Source: Nitrososphaerota archaeon
Lineage (GTDB): Archaea > Thermoproteota > Nitrososphaeria_A > Caldarchaeales > Caldarchaeaceae
Assembly (NCBI GenBank): GCA_041641305.1
Contig: JBEPYN010000001.1
Coordinates: 352,001 to 416,000, forward strand
DNA length: 64,000 bases
Direction: 5' to 3'
The position numbers and the translations under genes are program-made. Position 1 is the first letter of the stretch; each line of letters starts with the position of its first letter. Below the pieces are notes generated by a model, which ran no database searches, was not told where the DNA came from, and was given only the letters and a program-made list of their open reading frames with translations. Shown one piece after another: positions 8,250-18,063 of this stretch.

Positions 8250-10372
8250 AAAACGCTTCCGAACTCCATCGTATTCTCTCTGGGAAGGTGGCAGCCGTCC
8301 TTCCGAGAAGCGAATGGAGAAGGTATCTACGGGAGGCTCTTTTCAGGACACTTGATAAAAGGAGAGAAGCTATACAGATTATGGCCCCCGACTTTGAAAA
8401 GTTTAGGAACGACGCGCGGATGGCGAAAGCGCATGCTGTGGAGAAGCTCGACAAGCTTCTGCAATTGTTCATCCAAAACTGCGAGAAAAAGGGGGTGAAG
8501 GTCTATGTCGCTAAAGATGCGGAGCAGGCGTGCCATTTCGTCTACCGCATAGCTATGGAGAAGAACGCGCGGCTAATCACGAAGAGCAAGTCGATGACCA
8601 CTGAGGAGATTGGGCTTAACCAGTTTCTCGAGAAGCAAGGGCTCAGGGTTGTTGACACAGATTTGGGGGAGCTGATTGTCCAGCTCGCGGGAGAAAGGCC
8701 CTTCCATCTCGTCTACCCCGCTGTCCACAAAACACGCCAAGATGTTGCAAAACTCTTCAGCCAAGAAGCAGGCAGAATGCTGAGCGACGACATCAGCGAG
8801 TTGATGAACTTCGCCCGCGAATATTTGAGAGAAAAGTTTCTCACAGCCGATTTAGCAATAACAGGAGTAAACATAGCTATTGCGGAGACAGGCACCGTAG
8901 TTGTTGAGACAAACGAAGGAAACGATAGACTGGGCAACATCCCTGCCAAAACATACATAGCCGTCATGGGTATGGAGAAACTGGTCGAAAAAATTGAGGA
9001 CGCGCTCAAGCTCATAGTCGCACATCCTGTAAGCTCAACAGGCCAGTGGCTCACAAACTACGTCTCATTCCTCACCGGGCGAACACCGTTAGCGGACAGC
9101 CTTGAAGACCGTGAGATGCACGTCGTCATAATCGATAACGGACGCTCGGCGATGCGCGATGACCCCGTTTTCCGCGAAGCACTCTACTGCATAAGATGCG
9201 GAGCATGTATGAATATCTGCCCCACATTCTCATCTCTCGGCGGACACGTTTTCGGACACATCTACACAGGCCCCATAGGAATTCCTTGGACAGCCTTTGT
9301 ACACGGCCTCGAGAAAGCCGCGGAATTCGCCCCACTATGCATTTCCTGCGGACTATGTAGAGAAATCTGTCCAACGATAATCGACATGCCCTACATGATT
9401 GCCGAGGTAAAGCACCGCTACATACGCGAGGGTGGACAACTCTTCGTCAACAAGGTCGTCGAAAGCTATGAAACAGCCTACAGAATAGGCTCCAAGTTTC
9501 CAAGGCTCTTCAACCGCCTAATCTCCTCCTCTACAGTTCGCGCCTTGATGGAAAAGTTTCTGGGGATAGAGCGTAGAAGAACGCTGCCGGAGATCGCCGC
9601 CCGACCTCTAGACAAACTTCTAAATGGAAAAGTTGTCGACAACGGTGCCGATGCCGTGTTTTTCGCGGACTTTTTCGCGAGATATCTGAGACCTGACATC
9701 GGGGCGAAGGCTGTAGAGGCCCTTAAAGCAGCGGGCTACAGGGTTTCGTTTCCACCTCAGCGCTCAAGCGGATATCCATACTTCGCCTACGGAGACCTCG
9801 ACAAAGCACGGAAACACGCCGAATTCAACGTCCGAAGCCTATCCAAAGCACTCGGAGACGATGCAGTAATCGTCTCCATAGAGCCGACGGCAACCTACAC
9901 CCTAAAACATCTCTACCCTAAGCTACTGAACCACGTCGCGGAGGCAGAGAAAGTCGCCGATGCAACCATCTCCCTAACCATGTTGCTACACAACCTTGTT
10001 GAAGACGGTAAACTGGAGTCAAAAGCCATGATAGAGGGCCGTGCGGCGGTCCACGTTCCATGCCATGAGCGAGCATTCAACTCATGCCGCGAAGTCGTAG
10101 CACTTCTAAACACGGCCGGAATAGATGCAACAGTCGTCGAGACGGGAACATGCTGCGGCATGGCTGGCACATTCGGCATGAAGCATGGCGTACTTGGGTA
10201 TGATCTATCCAACGCTGTGGGAGAGGAGCTTTTCAGCAGGATGAGAGCAAGCGGCTGCAGCTACGTCGTCTCCACAAGCAGCGTCTGCAAAATACACATC
10301 AACGACGCAACGTCTCTCCCAGTCTACCACCCTCTCGAAACTCTCGAATTCACCGCCCAGCATACGCGATAA
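8234..10372 (+). CDS. lutB: LutB-type LUD/4Fe-4S protein fused to a LutA-like CCG domain
   Basis: KSKSMTTEE, TDLGE, NEGN, CIRCGACMNICP, CISCGLCREICP, C-terminal CCGMAG. Confidence 0.88.
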   Translation: MRLALKNASELHRILSGKVAAVLPRSEWRRYLREALFRTLDKRREAIQIMAPDFEKFRNDARMAKAHAVEKLDKLLQLFIQNCEKKGVKVYVAKDAEQACHFVYRIAMEKNARLITKSKSMTTEEIGLNQFLEKQGLRVVDTDLGELIVQLAGERPFHLVYPAVHKTRQDVAKLFSQEAGRMLSDDISELMNFAREYLREKFLTADLAITGVNIAIAETGTVVVETNEGNDRLGNIPAKTYIAVMGMEKLVEKIEDALKLIVAHPVSSTGQWLTNYVSFLTGRTPLADSLEDREMHVVIIDNGRSAMRDDPVFREALYCIRCGACMNICPTFSSLGGHVFGHIYTGPIGIPWTAFVHGLEKAAEFAPLCISCGLCREICPTIIDMPYMIAEVKHRYIREGGQLFVNKVVESYETAYRIGSKFPRLFNRLISSSTVRALMEKFLGIERRRTLPEIAARPLDKLLNGKVVDNGADAVFFADFFARYLRPDIGAKAVEALKAAGYRVSFPPQRSSGYPYFAYGDLDKARKHAEFNVRSLSKALGDDAVIVSIEPTATYTLKHLYPKLLNHVAEAEKVADATISLTMLLHNLVEDGKLESKAMIEGRAAVHVPCHERAFNSCREVVALLNTAGIDATVVETGTCCGMAGTFGMKHGVLGYDLSNAVGEELFSRMRASGCSYVVSTSSVCKIHINDATSLPVYHPLETLEFTAQHTR

Positions 10373-10760
10373 AGTCAATCTCCACCAAAAACTCTTTCCT
10401 AGGAAAATGAGCCACTACAGTTGTTCGAGCCGGAGGGCTCTTTGAAAAATATTGGCTGTAGACTTCGTTCATCGCCGCAAAGTCATCGGGGTTTCCCAGA
10501 TACACCGTCGCCTTTACCACGTGTTCTAAAGACAGGCCGGCTGCCTCGAGAATAGCCTTCGCGTTCTCGATCACCCGCCTAGTCTGAGACCTGATGTCTG
10601 TATCCTCAACTTTTCCGGTCGCAGGGTTTAGCGCAATCATTCCCGAGAGAAAAAGAAAATCGCCAACGCGAACAGCCTGCGAGTATGGGCCTATCGGCTT
10701 AGGAGCCTTCTCCGTGAAAATGATACCCTTTTGCATGGACGGTGACATACTGCACCTCAT
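10350..10760 (-). CDS. ridA: RidA/YjgF family enamine/imine deaminase
   Basis: GPYSQA, LSG, MNEVY..YF, PART, LVEID; true start is probably a few codons downstream. Confidence 0.92.
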   Translation of the reverse strand: MRCSMSPSMQKGIIFTEKAPKPIGPYSQAVRVGDFLFLSGMIALNPATGKVEDTDIRSQTRRVIENAKAILEAAGLSLEHVVKATVYLGNPDDFAAMNEVYSQYFSKSPPARTTVVAHFPRKEFLVEIDFIAYAGR

Positions 10761-10772
10761 TTAAGCTTTGCA

Positions 10773-11099
10773 TCATCTGGACCGTAAAGCATATGTTACC
10801 AGTCCAAGTGCTACGCCGATGATGAACCCGAGGGCAGAGTAGTTGTTTGATGCTAGTAGGGAGGCTAGTAGGTTAATGCCGTTGAAGAACGCGGCGATCA
10901 CCTGCTCAGATGAAATCGGTGAGCTAACACCTGCGAGTGATACGATAAATGGCAGCAAAACAGCCAAAACCACAACCACGATCAACACTTTCCAGAACCG
11001 CATCAACGCGAGCCCTGCTCCAAACCCTATGAAGAACCAAATAACCGCGAGAACAGTCGACTGATCTATCTGCAGGTTCATCAAACTAATTTTCCCCAC
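10773..11099 (-). CDS. Small membrane protein, possibly FUN14-like
   Basis: Three hydrophobic segments with GFGAG and GFIIG..LG glycine patterns. Confidence 0.55.
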   Translation of the reverse strand: MGKISLMNLQIDQSTVLAVIWFFIGFGAGLALMRFWKVLIVVVVLAVLLPFIVSLAGVSSPISSEQVIAAFFNGINLLASLLASNNYSALGFIIGVALGLVTYALRSR

Positions 11100-11143
11100 A
11101 TCAGCCTATATACTTTTTATCCACGGCATAGAAAGAACGTCAG

Positions 11144-11551
11144 ATGTCGTTCGTGGACGACTGGCTGGCGGAGACGATGAGACACGTCAACGACTCTCTA
11201 CCCCGCCGAGCCGCGAAGCTTTCATCGCTGCTGGAGATGGAGAAGCCATATGTTGAAACAGTTGGAGGAGGACGACACTACTTCGACAAAAGAGAGCTTG
11301 GAGAACTTTGGAGAAAACTGCCCCGGGAAGTCTCCGAAAACCTCTACCTGCCAATCGTATTCGCGAAAAACCTCGAGATGGGTGAGAACACATACATAGT
11401 AAGGGCCAGGGGCTCGGAGGCGGAGGCGTTCCGCATACTCATGGGCCTCAGAGAGCTCCCCACAGTCGACGGCCAGCCCTACACCTACAAACCCCTCGTC
11501 GCAGAATTCATCAACAGATACCCAACCCTCGCAGTAATGGGATACATATAA
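11144..11551 (+). CDS. DUF61 / UPF0216 family archaeal protein
   Basis: N.SLP...L..LL...P....GG.HYFDK.EL...LYLPI pattern. Confidence 0.75.
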   Translation: MSFVDDWLAETMRHVNDSLPRRAAKLSSLLEMEKPYVETVGGGRHYFDKRELGELWRKLPREVSENLYLPIVFAKNLEMGENTYIVRARGSEAEAFRILMGLRELPTVDGQPYTYKPLVAEFINRYPTLAVMGYI

Positions 11552-11597
11552 GCGACGTCTCCAAAGCAAGCTGATGAACAACGAAGACGCTGCGAAA

Positions 11598-11672
11598 CGG
11601 GCCCGGTGGGACTTGAACCCACGACCCCCGACTTAGAAGGCCGGTGCGCTATCCATTCTGCGCCACGGGCCC
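11598..11672 (-). tRNA. tRNA-Arg(TCT), intronless
   Basis: Reverse strand reads GGGCCCG...CCGGC-CTTCTAA-GTCGG...GTGGG-TTCAAGT-CCCAC-CGGGCCC-G. Confidence 0.96.
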
Positions 11673-11729
11673 ACGGTAAAAAACTAAACCGACACCTAAT
11701 AAACATCGACTTCGCCACATTTGTTGAGC

Positions 11730-13160
11730 TTATTTTGTTCGTAGCCTGGGGTTTACTACTGGCTCCATACCCAGAGCTATGAGAACGAATCCGACAGCCG
11801 TAGAGACGATGAGCAAACCGGGTGGGAGAATCCACCACCAATACCCGAGGTAGATTGCGTTGTTTCTGAACCCCATTTCAAGAATTTGCCCCCATGTTGG
11901 TAGTGAGGGGTCTCCTAAACCAAGGAAACTTAGCGCTGCCTCAAGTAGAATGAAGTTTGGAACGAAGAAGATCATCTGAGCTATTATGAAAGGCGCTACC
12001 TGTGGAAATATGTGTAAGAAAACTAGTCTATAAACTGAGCTTCCAAGGACTCTGGCCACTTCTACAAACTGGGATTCCCTAATTTGCAGAACCAAAGACC
12101 TAACTACTATGGTTAGTCCAGGCCATCCAAAAACGATAAGCACCAAGATAATGTTGTTGATTGACGTTCCCAAGATAAAAATGAGGAAAATAGAAAGTGG
12201 CAGAAGTGGGATGTTATTTACTATGTCTGCTGTCCTTTGAATTATCTCGTCGACCCGTCCTCCTAGATAACCGCTCAAAACTCCAAGTATCGCTCCAATA
12301 ACTGTTACGATGATTGAAGTCACAATGCCTACGAAGAGTGATGTTGGAAAGCCGAGGATAAGTCCAACGGCAAGGTCGCGTCCAATTATGTCTGTGCCCA
12401 TTAATCCATAAACGGTTCCGCCCAAGACAAGAGCCATTTTAGAGAACGAGTCTCTTTCGTCGAATACTCTTGCAGTGATCTGGAACTCGTAAACGCCTTT
12501 CAGAACATCGGTATCGCCGTTATCTGAAATTTTCCCGAAAAGGTATCTCTGCACACCGATGGATCCCAATTGATCGGGTGAAATATCTAAACCATATCTT
12601 TCTCTTAGAAATATTGATGTCGCACGCCAGACTGAAGGCTCTGCATCCAGCTTAACTCTGAATGGAGAAGTGTCATACCTGATGTAGGGCGGGGTTTCAT
12701 TAGGTCTTGCAGGTGGAGGAATTACGGTTAGCAGGTCAATTCTATATCCGTCGGGTCGTATGAGCGACACTGTTATGACCGGGTTTAAGCGCCAGTAGCT
12801 CAGCTTTTCTATTCTGAGAAGGATGAATGTGGGGAACTCGTCCGCTGTGTATCTGTAACGAAGGGACCACCGTAGAATTCTCTCGTTTCCAACTGCTTCA
12901 ACCCGTGGTTCACCAGTTTCCAAAATCGTGTTTTCCAGACGGTTAAATCCTGTAAATATGGCGGTCCAGCCTGGAGGCGCGTTTTTTGGGTATTCTTCCC
13001 AAGCTGCCGGGTTGTTCCAAACAAACCTTGTGTAATCAGGGGTATAAACCACAACTACATAAATGGATGCTACGGCGAAAACCACGAGCATGGCGACACC
13101 GATTTTGGATTTTTTATATGACCAGAATACTCTGAAGGATTCTGCTGGTGAGAGAGCCAT
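11730..13160 (-). CDS. dppC: Peptide/nickel ABC transporter permease (DppC/OppC) with large extracellular loop
   Basis: MGTD..GRD, EAA-like loop FVEVARVLG, EAALSFLGLG, WWW..PPG. Confidence 0.92.
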   Translation of the reverse strand: MALSPAESFRVFWSYKKSKIGVAMLVVFAVASIYVVVVYTPDYTRFVWNNPAAWEEYPKNAPPGWTAIFTGFNRLENTILETGEPRVEAVGNERILRWSLRYRYTADEFPTFILLRIEKLSYWRLNPVITVSLIRPDGYRIDLLTVIPPPARPNETPPYIRYDTSPFRVKLDAEPSVWRATSIFLRERYGLDISPDQLGSIGVQRYLFGKISDNGDTDVLKGVYEFQITARVFDERDSFSKMALVLGGTVYGLMGTDIIGRDLAVGLILGFPTSLFVGIVTSIIVTVIGAILGVLSGYLGGRVDEIIQRTADIVNNIPLLPLSIFLIFILGTSINNIILVLIVFGWPGLTIVVRSLVLQIRESQFVEVARVLGSSVYRLVFLHIFPQVAPFIIAQMIFFVPNFILLEAALSFLGLGDPSLPTWGQILEMGFRNNAIYLGYWWWILPPGLLIVSTAVGFVLIALGMEPVVNPRLRTK

Positions 13161-14207
13161 TTAGATTCGAACCCTCGGGTCGAGCAAAACGTAGAGGATT
13201 TCCAGAACGAACCTTGCCGCGACGTACACAAGCGTGAAAATGTATGTCAGCCCTAGTATGAGGGCCTCGTCTGATGTGGTGATGGCTTGATAGAATAGGG
13301 AGCCTAGACCTGGCCAGGAAAAAACTGTCTCGGTAAGTATTGCTCCACCGATTGAACCCGCTAGGGCGAGAATAATGTTTGTTAAGATTGGTGGAGCAGA
13401 CACGCGCATCACATATCTTCTTCTGACGACGTTTTCGGGGAGTCCCCGGGCCTTGGCAGCCGTTACAAAGTCTTCCTGTGACACGTTGATGACGAGTGTT
13501 CTAGTAACGTAAATGCTTACCCCTACGTTTGCCAATACCAATACAGTGATTGGTAATGCCGCGTGCCATAGTAGGTCAAGAAACTTTCCGATTTCTGATT
13601 CGGGTGGAGGTGTACTGAACATTCCTCCAAATGGGAAGAGCCTAATATAGAATGCGAAAACGAGAATAAAAAGAATACCAACCCACCATGTTGGAAGTGC
13701 ATATGATATTGCCGAGAAATATGAGAATGATTGGTCTGTTTTGGAGCCAATTTTCATCGCAAGCCTCGGCCCGACCAGTAATCCGATCAACGAGTTGATG
13801 AGTATTGCTGTCGTGACTAAGAGAACTGTGTTAGGAATTCTCTCAACGATTATATCTGAGACTTTTTTGCTTCCGCTGAAGCTCTGTAGGTTTTTGGCGT
13901 TTCCGAGGTCGAGAAATATGATTCTCAAAACCATGCTACCCAACCTCGTGTACCACGGCTGATCAAGTCCATAGCTTTTGATGAGTTGTTGCTCATATTC
14001 GGTAACGGCTTTGTTTAGAGCCTCGGGGTCCGTAACCTGTCGTGTAATGCTTTGACGAAATGCTCGCACTTCTTCGTTGATTATTGCTCTTAACAGTTTA
14101 TCCGAGACACCTGTTGCGCCGATTAAGGCCGCGGTGAAGAAGAGAACTCCGAATAAAACAAGGGTTAAAGTTACTGCTTTGATAGCGAGAGACCTCTCCA
14201 GCCCCAT
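13161..14207 (-). CDS. dppB: Peptide/nickel ABC transporter permease (DppB/OppB)
   Basis: GLDQP, FVTAAKARG, ETVFSWPGLG, LDPR. Confidence 0.93.
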   Translation of the reverse strand: MGLERSLAIKAVTLTLVLFGVLFFTAALIGATGVSDKLLRAIINEEVRAFRQSITRQVTDPEALNKAVTEYEQQLIKSYGLDQPWYTRLGSMVLRIIFLDLGNAKNLQSFSGSKKVSDIIVERIPNTVLLVTTAILINSLIGLLVGPRLAMKIGSKTDQSFSYFSAISYALPTWWVGILFILVFAFYIRLFPFGGMFSTPPPESEIGKFLDLLWHAALPITVLVLANVGVSIYVTRTLVINVSQEDFVTAAKARGLPENVVRRRYVMRVSAPPILTNIILALAGSIGGAILTETVFSWPGLGSLFYQAITTSDEALILGLTYIFTLVYVAARFVLEILYVLLDPRVRI

Positions 14208-14316
14208 GTACTGTTTACAGTTAAGTGTTCTGGAATATTAAGCATTTTTGGACAGACCGGGCATAACTTACAGTGTTGTGAAAAAATATAATTACCCCTT
14301 TGTCAGTTCATATAAC

Positions 14317-17067
14317 GTGATCGGGAAAACTCAAGCATTAAGGGTTCTGGCTGCGTTGATTTTGCCCTTGTTGTTGGTGGCTTTGGCCCCGACAGGCTTT
14401 GCCCAGTACACAGCACCGCACACTCGTCCAGGACCAGCCGCTGATGTCGTTGAATACACTAGGGTGCCGTTGGACTTGGCTCCTGAAGCAGTTAAGCGTG
14501 GCGACATCGATATTTACCAATTTGGTCTAAGGGCGGCTCAGGCTAAAGCCCTTGTTGGAGATAGGGACATCAGACTTTACACAGCACCTTCAGGCGTTAA
14601 CGATGTCATCGTCAACCCTGCACCAGCTCCCGAAGGCAAGCTTAATCCATTTTCAAACCAAAAAATACGATTCGCACTCAACTACATCTTCAACAGAGAC
14701 TTCATGGTTAGAGACGTTTTCGGAGGCCTTGCCCTGCCCATGGTTACCTTCCTAAGCTCGGTAGACCCAGACTTCACCACGATCTTCGACATTATCGCGA
14801 AGTATGAGTTCAAGTATGACCCCGCTTTGGCAGCAGCCATTGTCGATGAGGAAATGCGACAGATGGGTGCTGAAAAGATTGCTGGAAAATGGTACTATAA
14901 CAGAGAGCCTGTGACTTTGAAGTTTATCATAAGAATTGAGGACGAGCGTCGGCAAATGGGTGACTCGTTCGCAAGCGAGTTGGAAAAACTTGGGTTCACT
15001 GTTGAGCGGATCTACCTTCCATTTGGTCCGGCTATTGAAATTATCTATGGCACGGACCCCGCTGAGTTTCAGTGGCACCTCTACACAGAAGGCTGGGGGA
15101 AACCGGGGGTAGACAAATACGATAGCACAAGCATTAATCAGTATAATGCGCCATGGTATACTTATATGCCCGGATGGGGTGAGTCTGGGTTCTGGCAGTA
15201 CCAGAACGACCGAGCAGACGAATTAGGTCAGAGAATATTCACGGGCGAATTCAAAGATAAAGAGGAAAGGGATAGACTATACAGGGAGCTCGCTGAATTA
15301 GGAATATTGGAATCGGTTAGAATTTGGGGTGTCACCAGATTGGACGCCTACATCACGTCCGTTAATGTGGTCGGTGTAACTAACGATGTGGGTGCGGGGC
15401 TGCGGGCGTGGCACGTCATACGAAATGCCTACGTGCCCGGTAAAAGCACTCTCAAAGTTGGCCACCTATGGGTTTGGACTGAGAGAACAACATGGAACCC
15501 CGTGGGCGGCTTTGAAGACGTTTACTCGGTCGACACCGCGGCCAGTACGTGTGACCCCGCGATCGCCCTGCATCCTTTCAACGGTTTACCCATACCGATA
15601 AGAGCAGCCTTTGACGTGACAACCGCAGGCCCTGATGGAAAGCTTGACGTGCCATCCAATGCAGTGGTATGGGATGCACAAAATGACAGATGGGTGCAGG
15701 TAGGCACAGGCGTGCAGGCAACAAGCAAAGTAACCTTCGACTACTCAGGATTCTTCAACTCGAAATGGCACCATGGAATACAGATATCTCCAGCTGACCT
15801 TCTGTTCAATCTCGCGAGCTTATGGGACATCGTAGCAGACCCAGCAAAGTCTGAGCTAGAACCTGCCGTAGCCTCAGCGAACACCCCGCTCTTCGAAACT
15901 CTCAAAGGAATAAGAATCCTGTCCGACAACAGGGTGGAGGTATACATTGATTATTGGCATTTCAATCCCAACTATATAGCTTCATTCGCCAACGTCTGGA
16001 TCTCATCTTATCCATGCATGACAGTGCCTTGGGAGATACGTGCAGCCATGGATAGACTTGTCTTCGAGGAAAGGGCCTTCGCCTACACTGACTCGGCTTC
16101 AACGGCCAGAGGCGTTCCATGGCTTAGCCTCGTCTTAAGAGACCACGCTGCAGCAGTCGTTGAAACGGTCAACGCCATGAGAGCTGAAGGTTTCTTACCA
16201 GAGGGCTATTTCAGAGTAGGAGACAGTGTTTATGAGTCAGCCGAGGATGCGCAGGCAAGGTACAACGCTGTCCGTGACTGGTTCACCCGCTATGGGATTG
16301 TGTGGATAAGCAACGGGCCTTTCATGCTCACAGCGTTCGACAGCGCCGCCCAGTACCTACGGCTGGAAGCCTTCAGAGACGAAACCTACCCGTTCAGACC
16401 TGGAGACAACTTCTGGGGACTCCCGCCGACGGTAAGCATCGTTAACGTGGGCAGGTCCACCATCACACCAGGAGGCGAATCACTTCTACTACTGGATGTC
16501 GAGGGGCCAGCACCCCTCTACGCAAAATACCTTGTCAAAGACCCTGTAACAGGTGAGATACTGACAGTCGGGGAAGCAGAACGTGTAACGCCGACAAGAT
16601 TCATCATCAGACTCCAGCCCGACTTCACCAGAACACTTAGACCGGGAGGACTCTACGAGTTCACTTTAGCAGCCTACAGCGACGAAGTCGCTGCAGTCGC
16701 ATCAGTTAAAGAATTTGTCGACGTCCTCAACATAGAGCCCATCACCCAAAGCATAGAAGTGGTGAGTAAAGAGCTCCTCGACAGACTTGGACAGGTCTCA
16801 AGAGACCTCGCTCAGGCTCTCACGGGTGTGCAGTCAGCAATCAACACAGTCAATGAAAGAGTTGGAGGAGTCGACAATAGAGTCGGTAGAGTCGAGACAA
16901 GCGTAAACACGTTGTCATCATCTGTCACAACGGTCAACGAGAGTGTTTCACAGCTAGCCAACACAGCTTCAGCAATTCTGCTGACTGCTCAGATAGTTTT
17001 GGCGGTCTCAGTCATAGCGCTAATAATCTCCGTCATGGCGTTGCTGCGCAGGCCTAAACCAAGCTAA
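14317..17067 (+). CDS. dppA: Family 5 ABC substrate-binding protein with C-terminal coiled-coil and TM anchor
   Basis: Signal peptide after GTG 14317; NPF...IRFALN family-5 motif; heptad-rich tail followed by hydrophobic helix and RRPK. Confidence 0.85.
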   Translation: MIGKTQALRVLAALILPLLLVALAPTGFAQYTAPHTRPGPAADVVEYTRVPLDLAPEAVKRGDIDIYQFGLRAAQAKALVGDRDIRLYTAPSGVNDVIVNPAPAPEGKLNPFSNQKIRFALNYIFNRDFMVRDVFGGLALPMVTFLSSVDPDFTTIFDIIAKYEFKYDPALAAAIVDEEMRQMGAEKIAGKWYYNREPVTLKFIIRIEDERRQMGDSFASELEKLGFTVERIYLPFGPAIEIIYGTDPAEFQWHLYTEGWGKPGVDKYDSTSINQYNAPWYTYMPGWGESGFWQYQNDRADELGQRIFTGEFKDKEERDRLYRELAELGILESVRIWGVTRLDAYITSVNVVGVTNDVGAGLRAWHVIRNAYVPGKSTLKVGHLWVWTERTTWNPVGGFEDVYSVDTAASTCDPAIALHPFNGLPIPIRAAFDVTTAGPDGKLDVPSNAVVWDAQNDRWVQVGTGVQATSKVTFDYSGFFNSKWHHGIQISPADLLFNLASLWDIVADPAKSELEPAVASANTPLFETLKGIRILSDNRVEVYIDYWHFNPNYIASFANVWISSYPCMTVPWEIRAAMDRLVFEERAFAYTDSASTARGVPWLSLVLRDHAAAVVETVNAMRAEGFLPEGYFRVGDSVYESAEDAQARYNAVRDWFTRYGIVWISNGPFMLTAFDSAAQYLRLEAFRDETYPFRPGDNFWGLPPTVSIVNVGRSTITPGGESLLLLDVEGPAPLYAKYLVKDPVTGEILTVGEAERVTPTRFIIRLQPDFTRTLRPGGLYEFTLAAYSDEVAAVASVKEFVDVLNIEPITQSIEVVSKELLDRLGQVSRDLAQALTGVQSAINTVNERVGGVDNRVGRVETSVNTLSSSVTTVNESVSQLANTASAILLTAQIVLAVSVIALIISVMALLRRPKPS

Positions 17068-17070
17068 ACC

Positions 17071-17090
17071 TTATTTCCCTTTTTTTATTC
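17071..17090 (+). terminator. Putative oligo(T) archaeal terminator after the binding-protein gene
   Basis: ttatttcccttttttt just after the TAA. Confidence 0.5.
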
Positions 17091-17106
17091 ATTAAGTTGA
17101 GCCAGA

Positions 17107-18063
17107 TTGCATCTGGAGGTCAAAAACCTCACCCTGCATTACGAGACAAATAACGGTATTGTTAAGGCGGTGAACTCGGTTAGCTTTAGCTTACAAAAGG
17201 GCGAGACCTTAGCAATTGTCGGTGAAAGCGGCTCCGGCAAATCCTCACTGGCATATGCGATAATCAAGCTACTGCCCAAAAACATTGCAACATACGATGG
17301 GGAGGTTATCTTCAACGGCTTTAACATAGTCAGTCTTCCCGAGAACGAATTACGTAAGAGAGTGAGGGTTAACGGCATATCCATGGTATTCCAAGGAGCC
17401 ATGAACACACTCAACCCAGTTCTCACTATTGGGGACCAAGTTGCCGACCCTCTGGTGACCGGCCTCGGAATGAGTAGAAAAGAAGCTTTCAACAAAGCTG
17501 TAGAAGCCCTCTCCCTTGTGGGAATAAGGCGAGAATTCGCAAAACGGTATCCACATGAGCTTAGCGGAGGAATGAAACAACGCGTAGCCATCGCCATGGC
17601 CCTCGTCGTAGACCCACAGATAATAATCCTCGATGAACCGACGTCAGCCTTAGACATCATAACCCAAGCAAACATAATGAACCTTCTGAAGAAACTGAAA
17701 AACGAACTTAAAAAAACATACATATTTATTACACATGACTTGGCCCTTGCAAGCGAACTCGCCGATAGAGTCGGCATAATGTATGCTGGAAGGCTAGTGG
17801 AAATAGGGCCAGCGGAGTCGGTTTTCATAAACGCGAAACACCCCTACACACAACTTTTGATCGACAGCGTACCAACTCTGCGGGTGGACAAAGAGCCGAG
17901 GTTCATACCAGGCTCTCCACCAGACCTTATTAACCCCCCATCAGGCTGCCCGTTTCATCCCAGATGCCCATACATAATAAAAGGTAAATGCGAGACAGAA
18001 GAACCAACCCTAAAACAAGTCGGCGAAAACCACTACGCAGCATGTTGGCTGAACGAGACATGA
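17107..18063 (+). CDS. dppD: Peptide ABC transporter ATP-binding subunit (DppD)
   Basis: GESGSGKS, LSGGMKQR, DEPT, C-terminal CPFHPRC. Confidence 0.94.
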   Translation: MHLEVKNLTLHYETNNGIVKAVNSVSFSLQKGETLAIVGESGSGKSSLAYAIIKLLPKNIATYDGEVIFNGFNIVSLPENELRKRVRVNGISMVFQGAMNTLNPVLTIGDQVADPLVTGLGMSRKEAFNKAVEALSLVGIRREFAKRYPHELSGGMKQRVAIAMALVVDPQIIILDEPTSALDIITQANIMNLLKKLKNELKKTYIFITHDLALASELADRVGIMYAGRLVEIGPAESVFINAKHPYTQLLIDSVPTLRVDKEPRFIPGSPPDLINPPSGCPFHPRCPYIIKGKCETEEPTLKQVGENHYAACWLNET

